Part shown: one piece after another, positions 1-8,792 of the stretch
Numbering within the stretch: the stretch's first letter is position 1
Layout: every line of letters begins with the position of its first letter
Notes under the pieces: model-generated
Seen by the model: only the letters and a program-made list of their open reading frames with translations
The model's database searches: none
Told to the model about the DNA's origin: nothing
Origin: a virus
Lineage: Duplodnaviria > Heunggongvirae > Uroviricota > Caudoviricetes
DNA: 37,024 nt
Virus record (IMG/VR): IMGVR_UViG_3300028422_001686
Reading direction: 5' to 3' (one strand)
Translations under genes and position numbers: made by a program

Positions 1-140
1 GGAAGACTTTCTTTATAATAGTGTCCCGATTCCATATGGCACCCTTTCACTTACATTTCAAGACTTATGTTTTCTTTTAAAAATTAATAAAAGAAAAATT
101 TATAAGTACATCTCAGAAAATTTCAAAGAATTTTAAAAAT

Positions 141-212
141 GGGAGCTATGCTCGTAGCAGCTAGTAGTTGATCGGATTAGTGTAGGAGGTTCGACTCCTT
201 CGGCTCCCGCCA
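141..212 (+). tRNA. Atypical tRNA-like element (canonical acceptor and T arms, aberrant D and anticodon arms)
   Basis: GGGAGCT(141-147) pairs with GGCTCCC(202-208), then G discriminator and encoded CCA (210-212). T arm GGAGG-TTCGACT-CCTTC (185-201). D stem TGCT/AGCA has only a 3-nt loop. The anticodon-position stem GCTAGT/ATTAGT closes a 10-nt loop, so no anticodon can be assigned. Confidence 0.6.
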
Positions 213-228
213 TTTATAAGGAGGCCTT

Positions 229-1290
229 ATGGCTAAAAAGAAATCTAAACCTGATTTAACTGAAGGTGGAGATAAAGCATTGGATATTGCTCTTGCTGCT
301 ATTGAAAAGCAGTTTGGTAAAGGTTCAGTAATGCGTATGAGTGCAGAAGACTGCTATGAAGATGTAGAATGTTGGGGTACAGGAATCTTAGGTATTGACC
401 TAGAGGCTGGAAAAGCTATCCCTAAAGGACGTATTATCGAAATTTTTGGGCCTGAATCTTCAGGTAAGACAACTCTAACTCTTCATATTGCGTCTAATGT
501 TCAACAACAAGGTGGGAAAGTTGCCTTTGTTGATGCAGAACATGCTTTGGACGTTACTTATGCTACAAAGCTAGGAGTTGATGTTCCTAGTATGATTATT
601 TCTCAGCCTGATTGTGGTGAACAAGCACTTGAAATTACTGATATGTTGGTACGTTCTGGAGCTGTGGATCTTCTTATTGTCGACTCTGTTGCAGCCCTTA
701 CTCCTCGTGCAGAGCTTGAAGGAGATATGGGGGATTCGCATATGGGACTTCAGGCTCGTCTTATGAGTCAGGCTTTGCGTAAATTGACCGGTTCTATTTC
801 TCGTTCCAATTGTACTGTTATTTTCATCAATCAATTGCGTATGAAAATTGGTGTGATGTTTGGAAATCCTGAAACGACAACAGGTGGAAATGCTCTTAAA
901 TTTTATGCATCACAAAGATATGATGTAAGGCCAGCTGGATGGATTAAAGATGGAGAGCAGATTATAGGCGCAAAGTCTAAGGTTAAAATTATTAAGAATA
1001 AGGTTGCCCCTCCTTTTGGAACAGTAGAGTTAGACGTAGATTTTGGTTACGGTTTCTCTAAAACATCTGATCTTCTTAATCTTGGGCTTAAGTATGAGAT
1101 AATAAATAAAGCTGGTGCTTGGATCTCTTATAATGGCTCAAATATAGGTCAAGGAAGTGAAAAAGCTAAGCAGTATTTAGCTGAAAACCCTGATGTTTAT
1201 AATGAGATAAAAGAGAAGATTATCCGTGCTAAAAGTGGTCTTCCACCAGAGAATGTAGATGAAGAAACAGGGGAAATAATAGATGTATAA
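229..1290 (+). CDS. recA: Recombinase RecA
   Basis: Walker [89 protein letters not shown] upstream. Confidence 0.98.
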   Translation: MAKKKSKPDLTEGGDKALDIALAAIEKQFGKGSVMRMSAEDCYEDVECWGTGILGIDLEAGKAIPKGRIIEIFGPESSGKTTLTLHIASNVQQQGGKVAFVDAEHALDVTYATKLGVDVPSMIISQPDCGEQALEITDMLVRSGAVDLLIVDSVAALTPRAELEGDMGDSHMGLQARLMSQALRKLTGSISRSNCTVIFINQLRMKIGVMFGNPETTTGGNALKFYASQRYDVRPAGWIKDGEQIIGAKSKVKIIKNKVAPPFGTVELDVDFGYGFSKTSDLLNLGLKYEIINKAGAWISYNGSNIGQGSEKAKQYLAENPDVYNEIKEKIIRAKSGLPPENVDEETGEIIDV

Positions 1291-1606
1291 TTTAGTAGAT
1301 ATTGTCCATCTTAAAACAGGTAAGCATCGTGAAGATATCACTGATATATTAACTTCTGCTATGGAAGTGACTAAAGAATATATGAATGAAGGTCACGATG
1401 TGCTTTGGGCAAATTTCTGCTTATTTACTCAAAAGAAAAAGGCTAAAACCAAGAAAGAAGCTAAGGAGTGGACAGAATTTCCTTATTTAGCTCTTGGTGA
1501 TAAAGCTAGATGTATTTTTACTGACTATCAAACTGACAGTGAAGGTAAGGTTTTATTTGACTTTACTTCTGCTGCAGCGCAATCAAAAGATACGCTTGAT
1601 CAATAA
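1283..1606 (+). CDS. Hypothetical protein, possibly HU/IHF-like DNA-binding protein
   Basis: N-terminal pattern [45 protein letters not shown] resembles the HU helix-helix/G-x-x-V-x-L-x-x-F-x-x-F pattern. Overlaps the recA stop. Confidence 0.45.
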   Translation: MYNLVDIVHLKTGKHREDITDILTSAMEVTKEYMNEGHDVLWANFCLFTQKKKAKTKKEAKEWTEFPYLALGDKARCIFTDYQTDSEGKVLFDFTSAAAQSKDTLDQ

Positions 1607-1647
1607 TTGGCTTTGGAATATACTTATGGTGACAAGTGAGGTTCATT

Positions 1648-1872
1648 ATGAGCATATTAAATGCCAATAAAGCTATTAGGACTGGACTTGGAGCAGCCTC
1701 TAAGGCGCTAGCTAAAGAGGGGCGAAGAGCTCAGTCATTATCAGGTGTAGTAGATAAAGCAGATCCATTAAAAAAAAGCTGGCAAGCTTTTGGATCTGAA
1801 GTCACAAATAAAAGTACTGGCGTAAATTATCTTAAAGAAATGCGTAGACAGTTAAAAGCTGAGGGTAAATAA
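1648..1872 (+). CDS. Hypothetical basic protein
   Basis: ORF in gene-dense run. ATG at 1648 preferred over GTG 1636 because GAGG (1638-1641) is a suitably spaced RBS. Confidence 0.6.
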   Translation: MSILNANKAIRTGLGAASKALAKEGRRAQSLSGVVDKADPLKKSWQAFGSEVTNKSTGVNYLKEMRRQLKAEGK

Positions 1873-1873
1873 G

Positions 1874-2500
1874 ATGGATATTTTAAAGCGTTTTTATTTT
1901 AATTCTATTACTTCATGTATTAGGGGTGCGTCTAAAGTTATCAGTAAAGTAAGATCTCCTAACTCAGTAAAAGAAACATTTTATAGTGATGTTGAGAGGG
2001 TGTCGGCAGAATTACTTCCTGGTGATATTATTCTTACAAGAACAGAAGGTGAATTATCTACTGGATTAATACCTGGCTACTGGAAGCATTGTGCTATGGC
2101 GATTAATGATAAAGAAGTAATTGAAGCCTCTACTCATGGTGTAAGAATTAATCATCTTGCTAATTTAATTATGAAAACAGATAATTATGCTGTTCTTCGT
2201 ATTAATTTTGAGTACTTAAAAGCTAAAGGTTATGACTGTTCTGGTGCTGAGAAAAAGGCAGACATTATTAACATGATTAATTTTTTAATTGATAAAATGG
2301 GACTACCTTATAACTACTCAATGGATATTTCTAGTAATGACAAGGAGTTCTGCTCTGGGCTATTATTTAAAGCGATTAGTTCTGTTTGGCCTTGTAACTA
2401 TTTAGAATTAAGGTATCGACTAGGATTTCCTACTTTTACCCCAAATGACTTTTATGAAGCTAAAAATAAGTTTGATTTAATTTTAGAAAAAAGAGATTGA
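1874..2500 (+). CDS. Permuted papain-like NlpC/P60 enzyme (YiiX/YebB-like)
   Basis: LLPGDIILTR, early His in YWKHCAM, VIEAS, YAVLR, GLPYNY and late catalytic Cys in EFCSGLL: the His-before-Cys order of permuted NlpC/P60 proteins. Confidence 0.8.
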   Translation: MDILKRFYFNSITSCIRGASKVISKVRSPNSVKETFYSDVERVSAELLPGDIILTRTEGELSTGLIPGYWKHCAMAINDKEVIEASTHGVRINHLANLIMKTDNYAVLRINFEYLKAKGYDCSGAEKKADIINMINFLIDKMGLPYNYSMDISSNDKEFCSGLLFKAISSVWPCNYLELRYRLGFPTFTPNDFYEAKNKFDLILEKRD

Positions 2501-2524
2501 TTAATAATCTTTTTTATATATAAT
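2497..2524 (+). promoter_or_regulatory. Sigma70-type promoter
   Basis: TTGATT-N16-TATAAT upstream of the 2573 ORF. Confidence 0.55.
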
Positions 2525-2527
2525 ATT

Positions 2528-2556
2528 GGGCTCAGGTTTATCCTGGGCCTTTTTTT
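2528..2556 (+). terminator. Rho-independent terminator
   Basis: GGCTCAGG-TTTAT-CCTGGGCC hairpin followed by a T run. Confidence 0.7.
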
Positions 2557-2572
2557 ATTTTAAGGAGTTCTT

Positions 2573-2839
2573 ATGGCAAAACAGTCAAAAGCAGCTGAAG
2601 AATATCAGGTAATGGAGAATATCTATGATGGATACACAGAAGCTACGTTAAAAGAAGAAGTATTAAGACTATTTGATATGATTCAAGACACTAAAGAGAA
2701 TAAGTCAGCTCAAGTGAAATCGTACAATGAGTCTTTAAAAGATTTTAAAGCAAGACTAAAATACTGTGCTGAAAAGATTCATTATTTGAAATCAGCAGCA
2801 GCAACAGAAGCAGTACTTAGCGGTACTAATCAAGATTAA
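2573..2839 (+). CDS. Hypothetical protein (coiled-coil-like)
   Basis: RBS AAGGAG, 88-aa helical charged ORF. Confidence 0.7.
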   Translation: MAKQSKAAEEYQVMENIYDGYTEATLKEEVLRLFDMIQDTKENKSAQVKSYNESLKDFKARLKYCAEKIHYLKSAAATEAVLSGTNQD

Positions 2840-3248
2840 ATTTATATCTGAGCATGGTATTAATTGCCTCGCTCTGATAAATTCTGCCCTCTCTCAACTC
2901 AGTAAATAATTCATATTCTACTGGGTTAAGTCTGTCTCGAATACTATAGTGTTCGGGCCATAAATTTTCCTTGGAGTTTGAACCTCCGATAGATAGGGGG
3001 ATTATATGATCAATTATATAGTCCCCTCTATCTTCCTTAGGAATATTATAGAGGTTATAGATTTGAGTTTTAGTCTGCTTTGATACATTCCTACGACAGT
3101 AAACTATTCTTTCAGGATACCTATATTCTTTGAAGTCAGGATCAGACATAGTGCATATGTCACCTGGAGAATAGTTCTGCATAGGGACACGTGGGTAATC
3201 AAAGGAAACTAATAAAAATAAAAAGAATAAAATAATTAGGTTTTTCAT
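2826..3248 (-). CDS. HNH-motif protein with N-terminal hydrophobic signal/anchor
   Basis: DHIIPLSIGGSNSKENLWPE is a beta-beta-alpha-Me (HNH) core. N-terminus MKNLIILFFLFLLVSF is signal-peptide-like. Confidence 0.7.
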   Translation of the reverse strand: MKNLIILFFLFLLVSFDYPRVPMQNYSPGDICTMSDPDFKEYRYPERIVYCRRNVSKQTKTQIYNLYNIPKEDRGDYIIDHIIPLSIGGSNSKENLWPEHYSIRDRLNPVEYELFTELREGRIYQSEAINTMLRYKFNLD

Positions 3249-3285
3249 ATAAAAAATATAACATTGATGTAAGAAAGGTGCAACT

Positions 3286-3483
3286 ATGAAAAAAGAAAAA
3301 TGTAAAAATTGTGCACATTGGATAGGACATAAAGAGGCTGGTTATCCAATCTCTGGAAGTGCTAAACTTGGGTTTTGTAAGCAAGTTGTTGAAAGTAATA
3401 TTGCCATGACAGAGGCCGGATATAGCTGTAGTAACTACTTAGAGTCTAAATTAAAAAAGGATAAAAAAGATGGAATCAATTAA
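3286..3483 (+). CDS. Small Cys-rich hypothetical protein
   Basis: CKNCAHW...GFC...CSNY, possible Zn-binding. RBS AAGGTG. Confidence 0.6.
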   Translation: MKKEKCKNCAHWIGHKEAGYPISGSAKLGFCKQVVESNIAMTEAGYSCSNYLESKLKKDKKDGIN

Positions 3484-3778
3484 TTCTGGAACTTCCATTC
3501 ATTTATATGGAGATAGTGCTGTAAACTACTCAGAGTCTATTAATTTAGAAGCTAGCTATACATTAGAAATTAAAGACAAGGTAAAAGTAACTCTATCTTA
3601 TTTAGAGGCAAAAGCTCTATATGATAAGTTAAACTCTTATTTTGGATGCCAAATCACTACCTATCCTCCTAATATCTACCCTTATTATGGGACTCAGATA
3701 GCCATAAATAACACAGAAAATATTCCTGATAATCTAAAAGTTTATTGTAGTACAGATACAGAAAGGACAGAGAAATGA
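3470..3778 (+). CDS. Hypothetical protein
   Basis: Overlap-coupled ORF within a + strand run. Confidence 0.6.
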   Translation: MESINSGTSIHLYGDSAVNYSESINLEASYTLEIKDKVKVTLSYLEAKALYDKLNSYFGCQITTYPPNIYPYYGTQIAINNTENIPDNLKVYCSTDTERTEK

Positions 3779-4092
3779 AAATAAGAAATGGTTTTGTTAG
3801 CAATAGTAGTTCAAGTTCTTTTTGCATTTTTGGCGTTGAAATTAAAAGTGATGAACTAAATAAGTTAAGAGAAAAATATGGTGAACCTAGATACTCCGAT
3901 GGCATTTCTGCTCTAGGGCTAGATGTAGAAACAGGAGAATGGGATGATAAATTTATCGGTATCTGCCCTCAAAATTTTGACAGAAACAAGACTATAAAAG
4001 AAATTGAAAATGGTATTGTTGAAACTCTAAAAAAAGAGGGTCTTGATATAGAAAAATGTTACTTTGAGACTCAAGGATGGTATGAAGGATGA
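3775..4092 (+). CDS. GFVSNSSSSSF-motif protein 1
   Basis: Begins MKIRNGFVSNSSSSSFCIFG. ATGA overlap with upstream ORF. Confidence 0.75.
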   Translation: MKIRNGFVSNSSSSSFCIFGVEIKSDELNKLREKYGEPRYSDGISALGLDVETGEWDDKFIGICPQNFDRNKTIKEIENGIVETLKKEGLDIEKCYFETQGWYEG

Positions 4093-4433
4093 AAATAAGA
4101 AGTGGATTTGTTTCAAATAGTAGCTCAAGTAGTTTTTGTATGGTTGGTGCTTTTCTAGATACCTATAATGACGCAAAAAAAATCATAAACGAATATGATA
4201 TTGATACTGGAGATGTAGATGTAGAAGACAGCTATTATATTCGTGAAGTTATCGCAGAGCACTTTAGAAAGTTAGGTTTTGATGCTATAGAAGGCGAAGA
4301 CGTGGTTATCGTTGGGTATGATGTTGAATTAGACACCTCAATTAATGACCAGATTAAAGCCCTTAAAAAAAGATTTGAAGAACTTGGAATTAAAGAAAAA
4401 GTTCTTTTTGATTATGGTGAGATTAGCTATTAA
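4089..4433 (+). CDS. GFVSNSSSSSF-motif protein 2
   Basis: Begins MKIRSGFVSNSSSSSFCMVG. ATGA coupling. Confidence 0.75.
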   Translation: MKIRSGFVSNSSSSSFCMVGAFLDTYNDAKKIINEYDIDTGDVDVEDSYYIREVIAEHFRKLGFDAIEGEDVVIVGYDVELDTSINDQIKALKKRFEELGIKEKVLFDYGEISY

Positions 4434-4444
4434 AGAGGTTTTAA

Positions 4445-4699
4445 ATGAAAGTAAGAAATGGGTTCGTAAGTAATAGTTCAAGTTCATCTTTTGTTATAGC
4501 TAAAGCATATATGACAGAAGATCAAATAACAGAGTTTAAAGAATTTATTAGAGAAAACAATGATGACGATAGTGAATTCTATATTAGAGAATCAAAGTAT
4601 TATTTTTCTGGTTCAGGCGAAATGTATGATGGAGAGAAATACGAAAATAAAATATTTAATATGGGATTAAACCCAATGACTATTAAGGAGTGTTCATGA
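4445..4699 (+). CDS. GFVSNSSSSSF-motif protein 3
   Basis: Begins MKVRNGFVSNSSSSSFVIA. RBS GAGGT. Confidence 0.75.
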   Translation: MKVRNGFVSNSSSSSFVIAKAYMTEDQITEFKEFIRENNDDDSEFYIRESKYYFSGSGEMYDGEKYENKIFNMGLNPMTIKECS

Positions 4700-5367
4700 A
4701 AAAACGATTAGGGTTTGTAAGTAATTCAAGCAGCTCTAGTTTTGTTTGTGATATTTGCGGTAGAATTGAGACTGGATGGGATGACTCATATGCTGACTTA
4801 GGCTTTGTTGAATGTCAAGCTGGTCATGTTTTTTGTGATACAGAAAAACTTGATATCGATAATATTACTGCAAGTAACTATCTTCTTGGCTATTATGAAG
4901 AGCAAATAAAAAGATACGAAGAATATGTTAAAGAAGGTGAAAGCGATAAGGATGGCTATTACGGAAGAAACATTGAGCGTTATAGTAAATATATTGCTGA
5001 ATTTAAAGGGTATATAGATACTATTAATGCTGAGGGGTTGGATATAGATAGGTCTGATATTTTATCTCAACTTGATTATATTCCTTCATGTCAATGTCCT
5101 ATCTGCACTTATTCTGAGCCAAGTATGTCGGATATGTCTCGTTTTCTTAAGGCAAAGTTAAACTATGAGAATATGGAAGTATTAAACGAAATCAAAAAGG
5201 TTAATAAGAGACGTAAGGTGGTTCGTGATCATGAAGTTATGGAGTATGGCCTTAAAAAGATAGGAAAGAGTGCTGATGAGCTTCTTGCAGAGATTAAAGA
5301 AGAGTTTCCGCTGTATGATGACTTTTTAAAACATACTATTGACTTAATTAGTAAGAAGAAAAAGTAA
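4696..5367 (+). CDS. GFVSNSSSSSF-motif protein 4 with Cys clusters
   Basis: Start moved to ATG 4696 (RBS AAGGAG 4685-4690): MKKRLGFVSNSSSSSFVCDICG. Further Cys groups ECQAGHVFCD and CQCPICT suggest Zn binding. Confidence 0.75.
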   Translation: MKKRLGFVSNSSSSSFVCDICGRIETGWDDSYADLGFVECQAGHVFCDTEKLDIDNITASNYLLGYYEEQIKRYEEYVKEGESDKDGYYGRNIERYSKYIAEFKGYIDTINAEGLDIDRSDILSQLDYIPSCQCPICTYSEPSMSDMSRFLKAKLNYENMEVLNEIKKVNKRRKVVRDHEVMEYGLKKIGKSADELLAEIKEEFPLYDDFLKHTIDLISKKKK

Positions 5368-5385
5368 AGATAAGCGAGGTTTATT

Positions 5386-8064
5386 TTGAGTGATTTTATT
5401 CATATTCATACACATACTGACCTATCTCTTTTAGATGGTCAGATGAAGACAAAAGATCTTATAGCGAGATGTAAAGAGCTTGGAATGAGTAAGATCGCTG
5501 TGACAAATCATGGGAACATGATTAATATGCCAAAAATAATTAATGAAGCCGCAGCAGAAGGGATACAGGTTATTCCTGGCTGCGAGTTTTATATTACATG
5601 GGACTATGCTTGTACATTAAAGGATACTGACCATGATCAAAGATATCATTTTATAGCATTAGCGACTAATACAACTGGTTATAAAAATCTTTCAGCACTA
5701 TGCTCTATAGGTCATGTTGTAGGTAAATATAATAGACCAAGAGTAGATAAAGAGCTTATTGAAAAATATAAAGAAGGACTGATTTTTACTACGGCATGTA
5801 TCAGCGGTGTTATTGGTAGAAGACTTAAAGAAGGTATCTCGGAAGATCAAATCCTTGAAGAGCTATCTTGGTTAAAGGAAGTTCTTGATGGTCAAATATA
5901 TTTTGAACTTCAAAGACATCCAGATGTTGAGTTTGAAAAAGAAGCTAATGATCTTACGATTAAAGCCTCAAAACTTTATAATATTCCTTTAATTGTGGGT
6001 GGAGATGCCCACTATGCATCACCTAATGACCATGAGGCTTGGTCTATTATGATGAAACTAGCTACTGGTGGTAAGATGGGAGTTTCAATCCCAAATGACT
6101 ACTATTTAAAAAGTGAAGAAGAGATGAGAAAGCTCTTCTCAGATGTCCCTGAAGCCATAGAAAATGCTATTGCTCTAGGGAAACGATGTGAACCAGTTGA
6201 GTTTAATAGAAAGTATATCTTACCTCAATATTCTGAAAATGATCCTTCGATAGATTTAAGAAATCTTATGGAAGAAGGGTTTCAGTATAGAGTTTCAAAG
6301 GGCGAGATTCCAGAAGAGAAGATGCAAGAATATAAAGATAGAATGGAAATGGAATACAAAGTAATTTGTGATATGGGGTTTCCAGGATATTTTTTAATCG
6401 TCGCAGACTTTTTGGTATGGTGTAAGAAGAATAAGATTCGAGTTGGTGAAGGCAGAGGCTCAGCTGCTGGCAGTTTAGTCTGCTGGTTAATGAGAATTAC
6501 TGAAGTAGATTCAATTAAGTATGGCTTAATGTTCGAGAGATTTTTAAATCCATTTCGAGTTACAATGCCAGATATTGATTGTGATATCCAAGATGATAAA
6601 AGAGACTTTGTAAAGAAGTATTTAGAAGAAAGGTATGGAGAAGACAAGGTTGCTTCTATTATGACCTTGGGTACAATGGCTGCAAAAGGAGCCATTAGAG
6701 ATGTCTGCAGAATGTTAGGAATTGATATTCAAGCAGCTAATACTTTAGCTAAAGCAATACCAGACGGGAAACGTGGAAAGAATGTTTTTCTTAATACTAT
6801 TGGTGATCCAAAAAGTGATAGCTATTCTGCTGATTTTATGGCTGTAGTAAATTCTAAGCCAGAATTTAAAAAGGCTTTTGAGATTGCCAGAAAGTTAGAA
6901 AAGACAACAAGGTCATTCGGTGTACATGCTTCTGGGTATGTGATTTCAGATGACAAGCCTTTAATGTATCATTGCCCTTTAATGTTAGATAAATTTAAGA
7001 ATCCTACAACACAATATACTATGGATATTTGTGAATTAGTTGGATTAATTAAGTTTGACCTTTTGGGTCTTTCTACTGAGAGGATTATAAGTGATACAGA
7101 ATCCTTTATTCATAAGCATACGCCTAATTTCAATATTGATGAAGTTCCTCTAGACGATGAAGAGACTTATAAATTAATGGCTACTGGTAATTCTGCTGGA
7201 TTATTTCAACTAGGTGGAACCTCTGGCTTTATTTCTGTTACTACGAAGTTAAGCCCTAGTAATATCGAAGAAATGGCTGACGTTTTAAGCCTTTATCGAC
7301 CCGGGCCTCTTGATAATGGATTCATAGAGTATTACTATGAATCTAAAACATCAGGTAAGATCAAATATATGATTGAAGTTGAAGAAGAGTCAATGATGGA
7401 AAAAGTCATTAATATTCTTAAACCAACTTATGGTGTTATTATCTATCAAGAACAGCTCATGGCTTTAACTCAGGTTCTAGCTGGCTTCAGTCTTGCCGAT
7501 GCTGACTTAATGAGAAGGGCTATGGGTAAAAAAGATTTAGAAAAGATGAAAAAAGAAGAGTCTTCTTTTATTTCTGGATGTTTGAAGAATGGTTTATCAG
7601 AAAAATCTGCCAAAGAAGTTTGGGCTATGTTCTTAAAGTTTAGTGATTATGGTTTTAATAAATCACATGCTGTAGCTTATGCTTTAAAGGCTTATAAGAC
7701 GGCCTATCTAAAAGCTCACTATCCTGTTGAATTCATGTCAGCTCTATTGACAGAAAGGCAGGGTAAAAGAGATGACACTATTAAGTACTTGAATGACTGT
7801 AGACATAATGGTTTAACTATTCTGCCTCCTTGTGTTAATGAGAGTGGGCTAGAATATACTCCTGTTACTGAGAGTAAGTCTATTCGTTTTGGTCTAGGTG
7901 CCATAAAAGAATTAGGTGACGTTGCGGTAAGAGTTATTCAAAAAGAAAGAGCTAAAGGTGTCTTTAAAAGCTTCTTTGATTTTATTAAAAGGATTAATCT
8001 AACTAAAGTCAATTCTGGTAAGTTAAATGCACTTATTAGAGCTGGTGCACTAGATTCATTATAG
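5386..8064 (+). CDS. dnaE: DNA polymerase III alpha subunit, N-terminal part (PHP, palm/fingers/thumb, HhH)
   Basis: HIHTHTDLSLLDG (PHP), GRGSAAGSLV, FERFLNPFR, MPDIDCD, GVHASG, KFDLLGL, LYRPGP, YQEQLM, YGFNKSHAVAY, YLKAHYPVEFM. Ends at AGALDSL*. TTG start with RBS GAGGT. Confidence 0.95.
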   Translation: MSDFIHIHTHTDLSLLDGQMKTKDLIARCKELGMSKIAVTNHGNMINMPKIINEAAAEGIQVIPGCEFYITWDYACTLKDTDHDQRYHFIALATNTTGYKNLSALCSIGHVVGKYNRPRVDKELIEKYKEGLIFTTACISGVIGRRLKEGISEDQILEELSWLKEVLDGQIYFELQRHPDVEFEKEANDLTIKASKLYNIPLIVGGDAHYASPNDHEAWSIMMKLATGGKMGVSIPNDYYLKSEEEMRKLFSDVPEAIENAIALGKRCEPVEFNRKYILPQYSENDPSIDLRNLMEEGFQYRVSKGEIPEEKMQEYKDRMEMEYKVICDMGFPGYFLIVADFLVWCKKNKIRVGEGRGSAAGSLVCWLMRITEVDSIKYGLMFERFLNPFRVTMPDIDCDIQDDKRDFVKKYLEERYGEDKVASIMTLGTMAAKGAIRDVCRMLGIDIQAANTLAKAIPDGKRGKNVFLNTIGDPKSDSYSADFMAVVNSKPEFKKAFEIARKLEKTTRSFGVHASGYVISDDKPLMYHCPLMLDKFKNPTTQYTMDICELVGLIKFDLLGLSTERIISDTESFIHKHTPNFNIDEVPLDDEETYKLMATGNSAGLFQLGGTSGFISVTTKLSPSNIEEMADVLSLYRPGPLDNGFIEYYYESKTSGKIKYMIEVEEESMMEKVINILKPTYGVIIYQEQLMALTQVLAGFSLADADLMRRAMGKKDLEKMKKEESSFISGCLKNGLSEKSAKEVWAMFLKFSDYGFNKSHAVAYALKAYKTAYLKAHYPVEFMSALLTERQGKRDDTIKYLNDCRHNGLTILPPCVNESGLEYTPVTESKSIRFGLGAIKELGDVAVRVIQKERAKGVFKSFFDFIKRINLTKVNSGKLNALIRAGALDSL

Positions 8065-8072
8065 GAGTAAAT

Positions 8073-8792
8073 ATGGCTATGAATAGAGGGGAGATGCTAG
8101 CAAGCATCCAACCTATACTTTCACTAAATAATAGTGATAAAGCACCGGTTATATTTCTTCCTAAAACTGAGAACTTATCCCAAAGAGAGATGGCTAATGA
8201 TGAGCTTTCTTTCTTGGGATTCTATGTTTCTCATCATCCGCTCGATAATTACAGAACTAGACTGTTAGAACTTACACCTCTTAATGAATTGGGAGGCGTT
8301 CAACTTCCTAGAGTTGGAGGTGTTCCAGTCGAGTTAAAAGTAATTAAAACTAAGAAAGGTCAAGATATGGCATTCTTTAGTTTTCAGGATTTAACTGGAC
8401 AGTGTGAGGTTGTTATCTTTCCAAATCTTTATCCAAAAGTTAAAGATTTAATTAAAGTTGGTGAGCCTATAGAGATTGTTGGAAAAGTTGAAGAAGTTGA
8501 TGATTTTAATAAAGAAGAAACAGAGGATGATCAAAAAAAATATAAAATACTTTTGTATGAGGCTTTTCCAATGGAAAAACAAAAACCAATTAAAGAGGTT
8601 CATCTTTTTTTAAAAGAGTGTGATGATAACGCGAAAAAAGTATTTAATGTTATAAAAGAGTGTACAGATCAACAAATTGTTGTTAGAATTTTTGTTGATT
8701 TACACCTAGAGTTAAATAAGAAGTTTTATACGTCTTATAACTCATTAAAAGAACTAGAGCGTTTAGCTCACTTAACAAAGGTAACCGAATGA
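8073..8792 (+). CDS. dnaE: DNA polymerase III alpha subunit, C-terminal part (OB-fold)
   Basis: ELSFLGFYVSHHPLD, TKKGQDMAFFSFQDLTGQCEVVIFP, IVGKVE match the DnaE clamp-binding/OB region. Has its own RBS (TAGGAG) overlapping the upstream stop. Confidence 0.85.
   Translation: MAMNRGEMLASIQPILSLNNSDKAPVIFLPKTENLSQREMANDELSFLGFYVSHHPLDNYRTRLLELTPLNELGGVQLPRVGGVPVELKVIKTKKGQDMAFFSFQDLTGQCEVVIFPNLYPKVKDLIKVGEPIEIVGKVEEVDDFNKEETEDDQKKYKILLYEAFPMEKQKPIKEVHLFLKECDDNAKKVFNVIKECTDQQIVVRIFVDLHLELNKKFYTSYNSLKELERLAHLTKVTE

Larger units (their letters stand above)
3775..4743 (+). repeat. Protein-level tandem repeat of an N-terminal peptide motif in four adjacent genes
   Basis: Identical GFVSNSSSSSF in four ORFs, encoded with different synonymous codons. 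Confidence 0.85.

Noticed and set aside
141-212. tRNA-Pyl, tRNA-Sec or tmRNA identity
   Set aside because: No CUA/UCA anticodon in a 7-nt loop, no long variable arm. The acceptor strands pair locally within 72 nt, with G rather than A discriminator and no G3-U70, unlike tmRNA.
8041-8110. Split intein or stop-codon read-through at the dnaE break
   Set aside because: No intein Cys/Ser start or His-Asn end. The TAG is followed by an in-frame TAA two codons later and the second part is in another frame.
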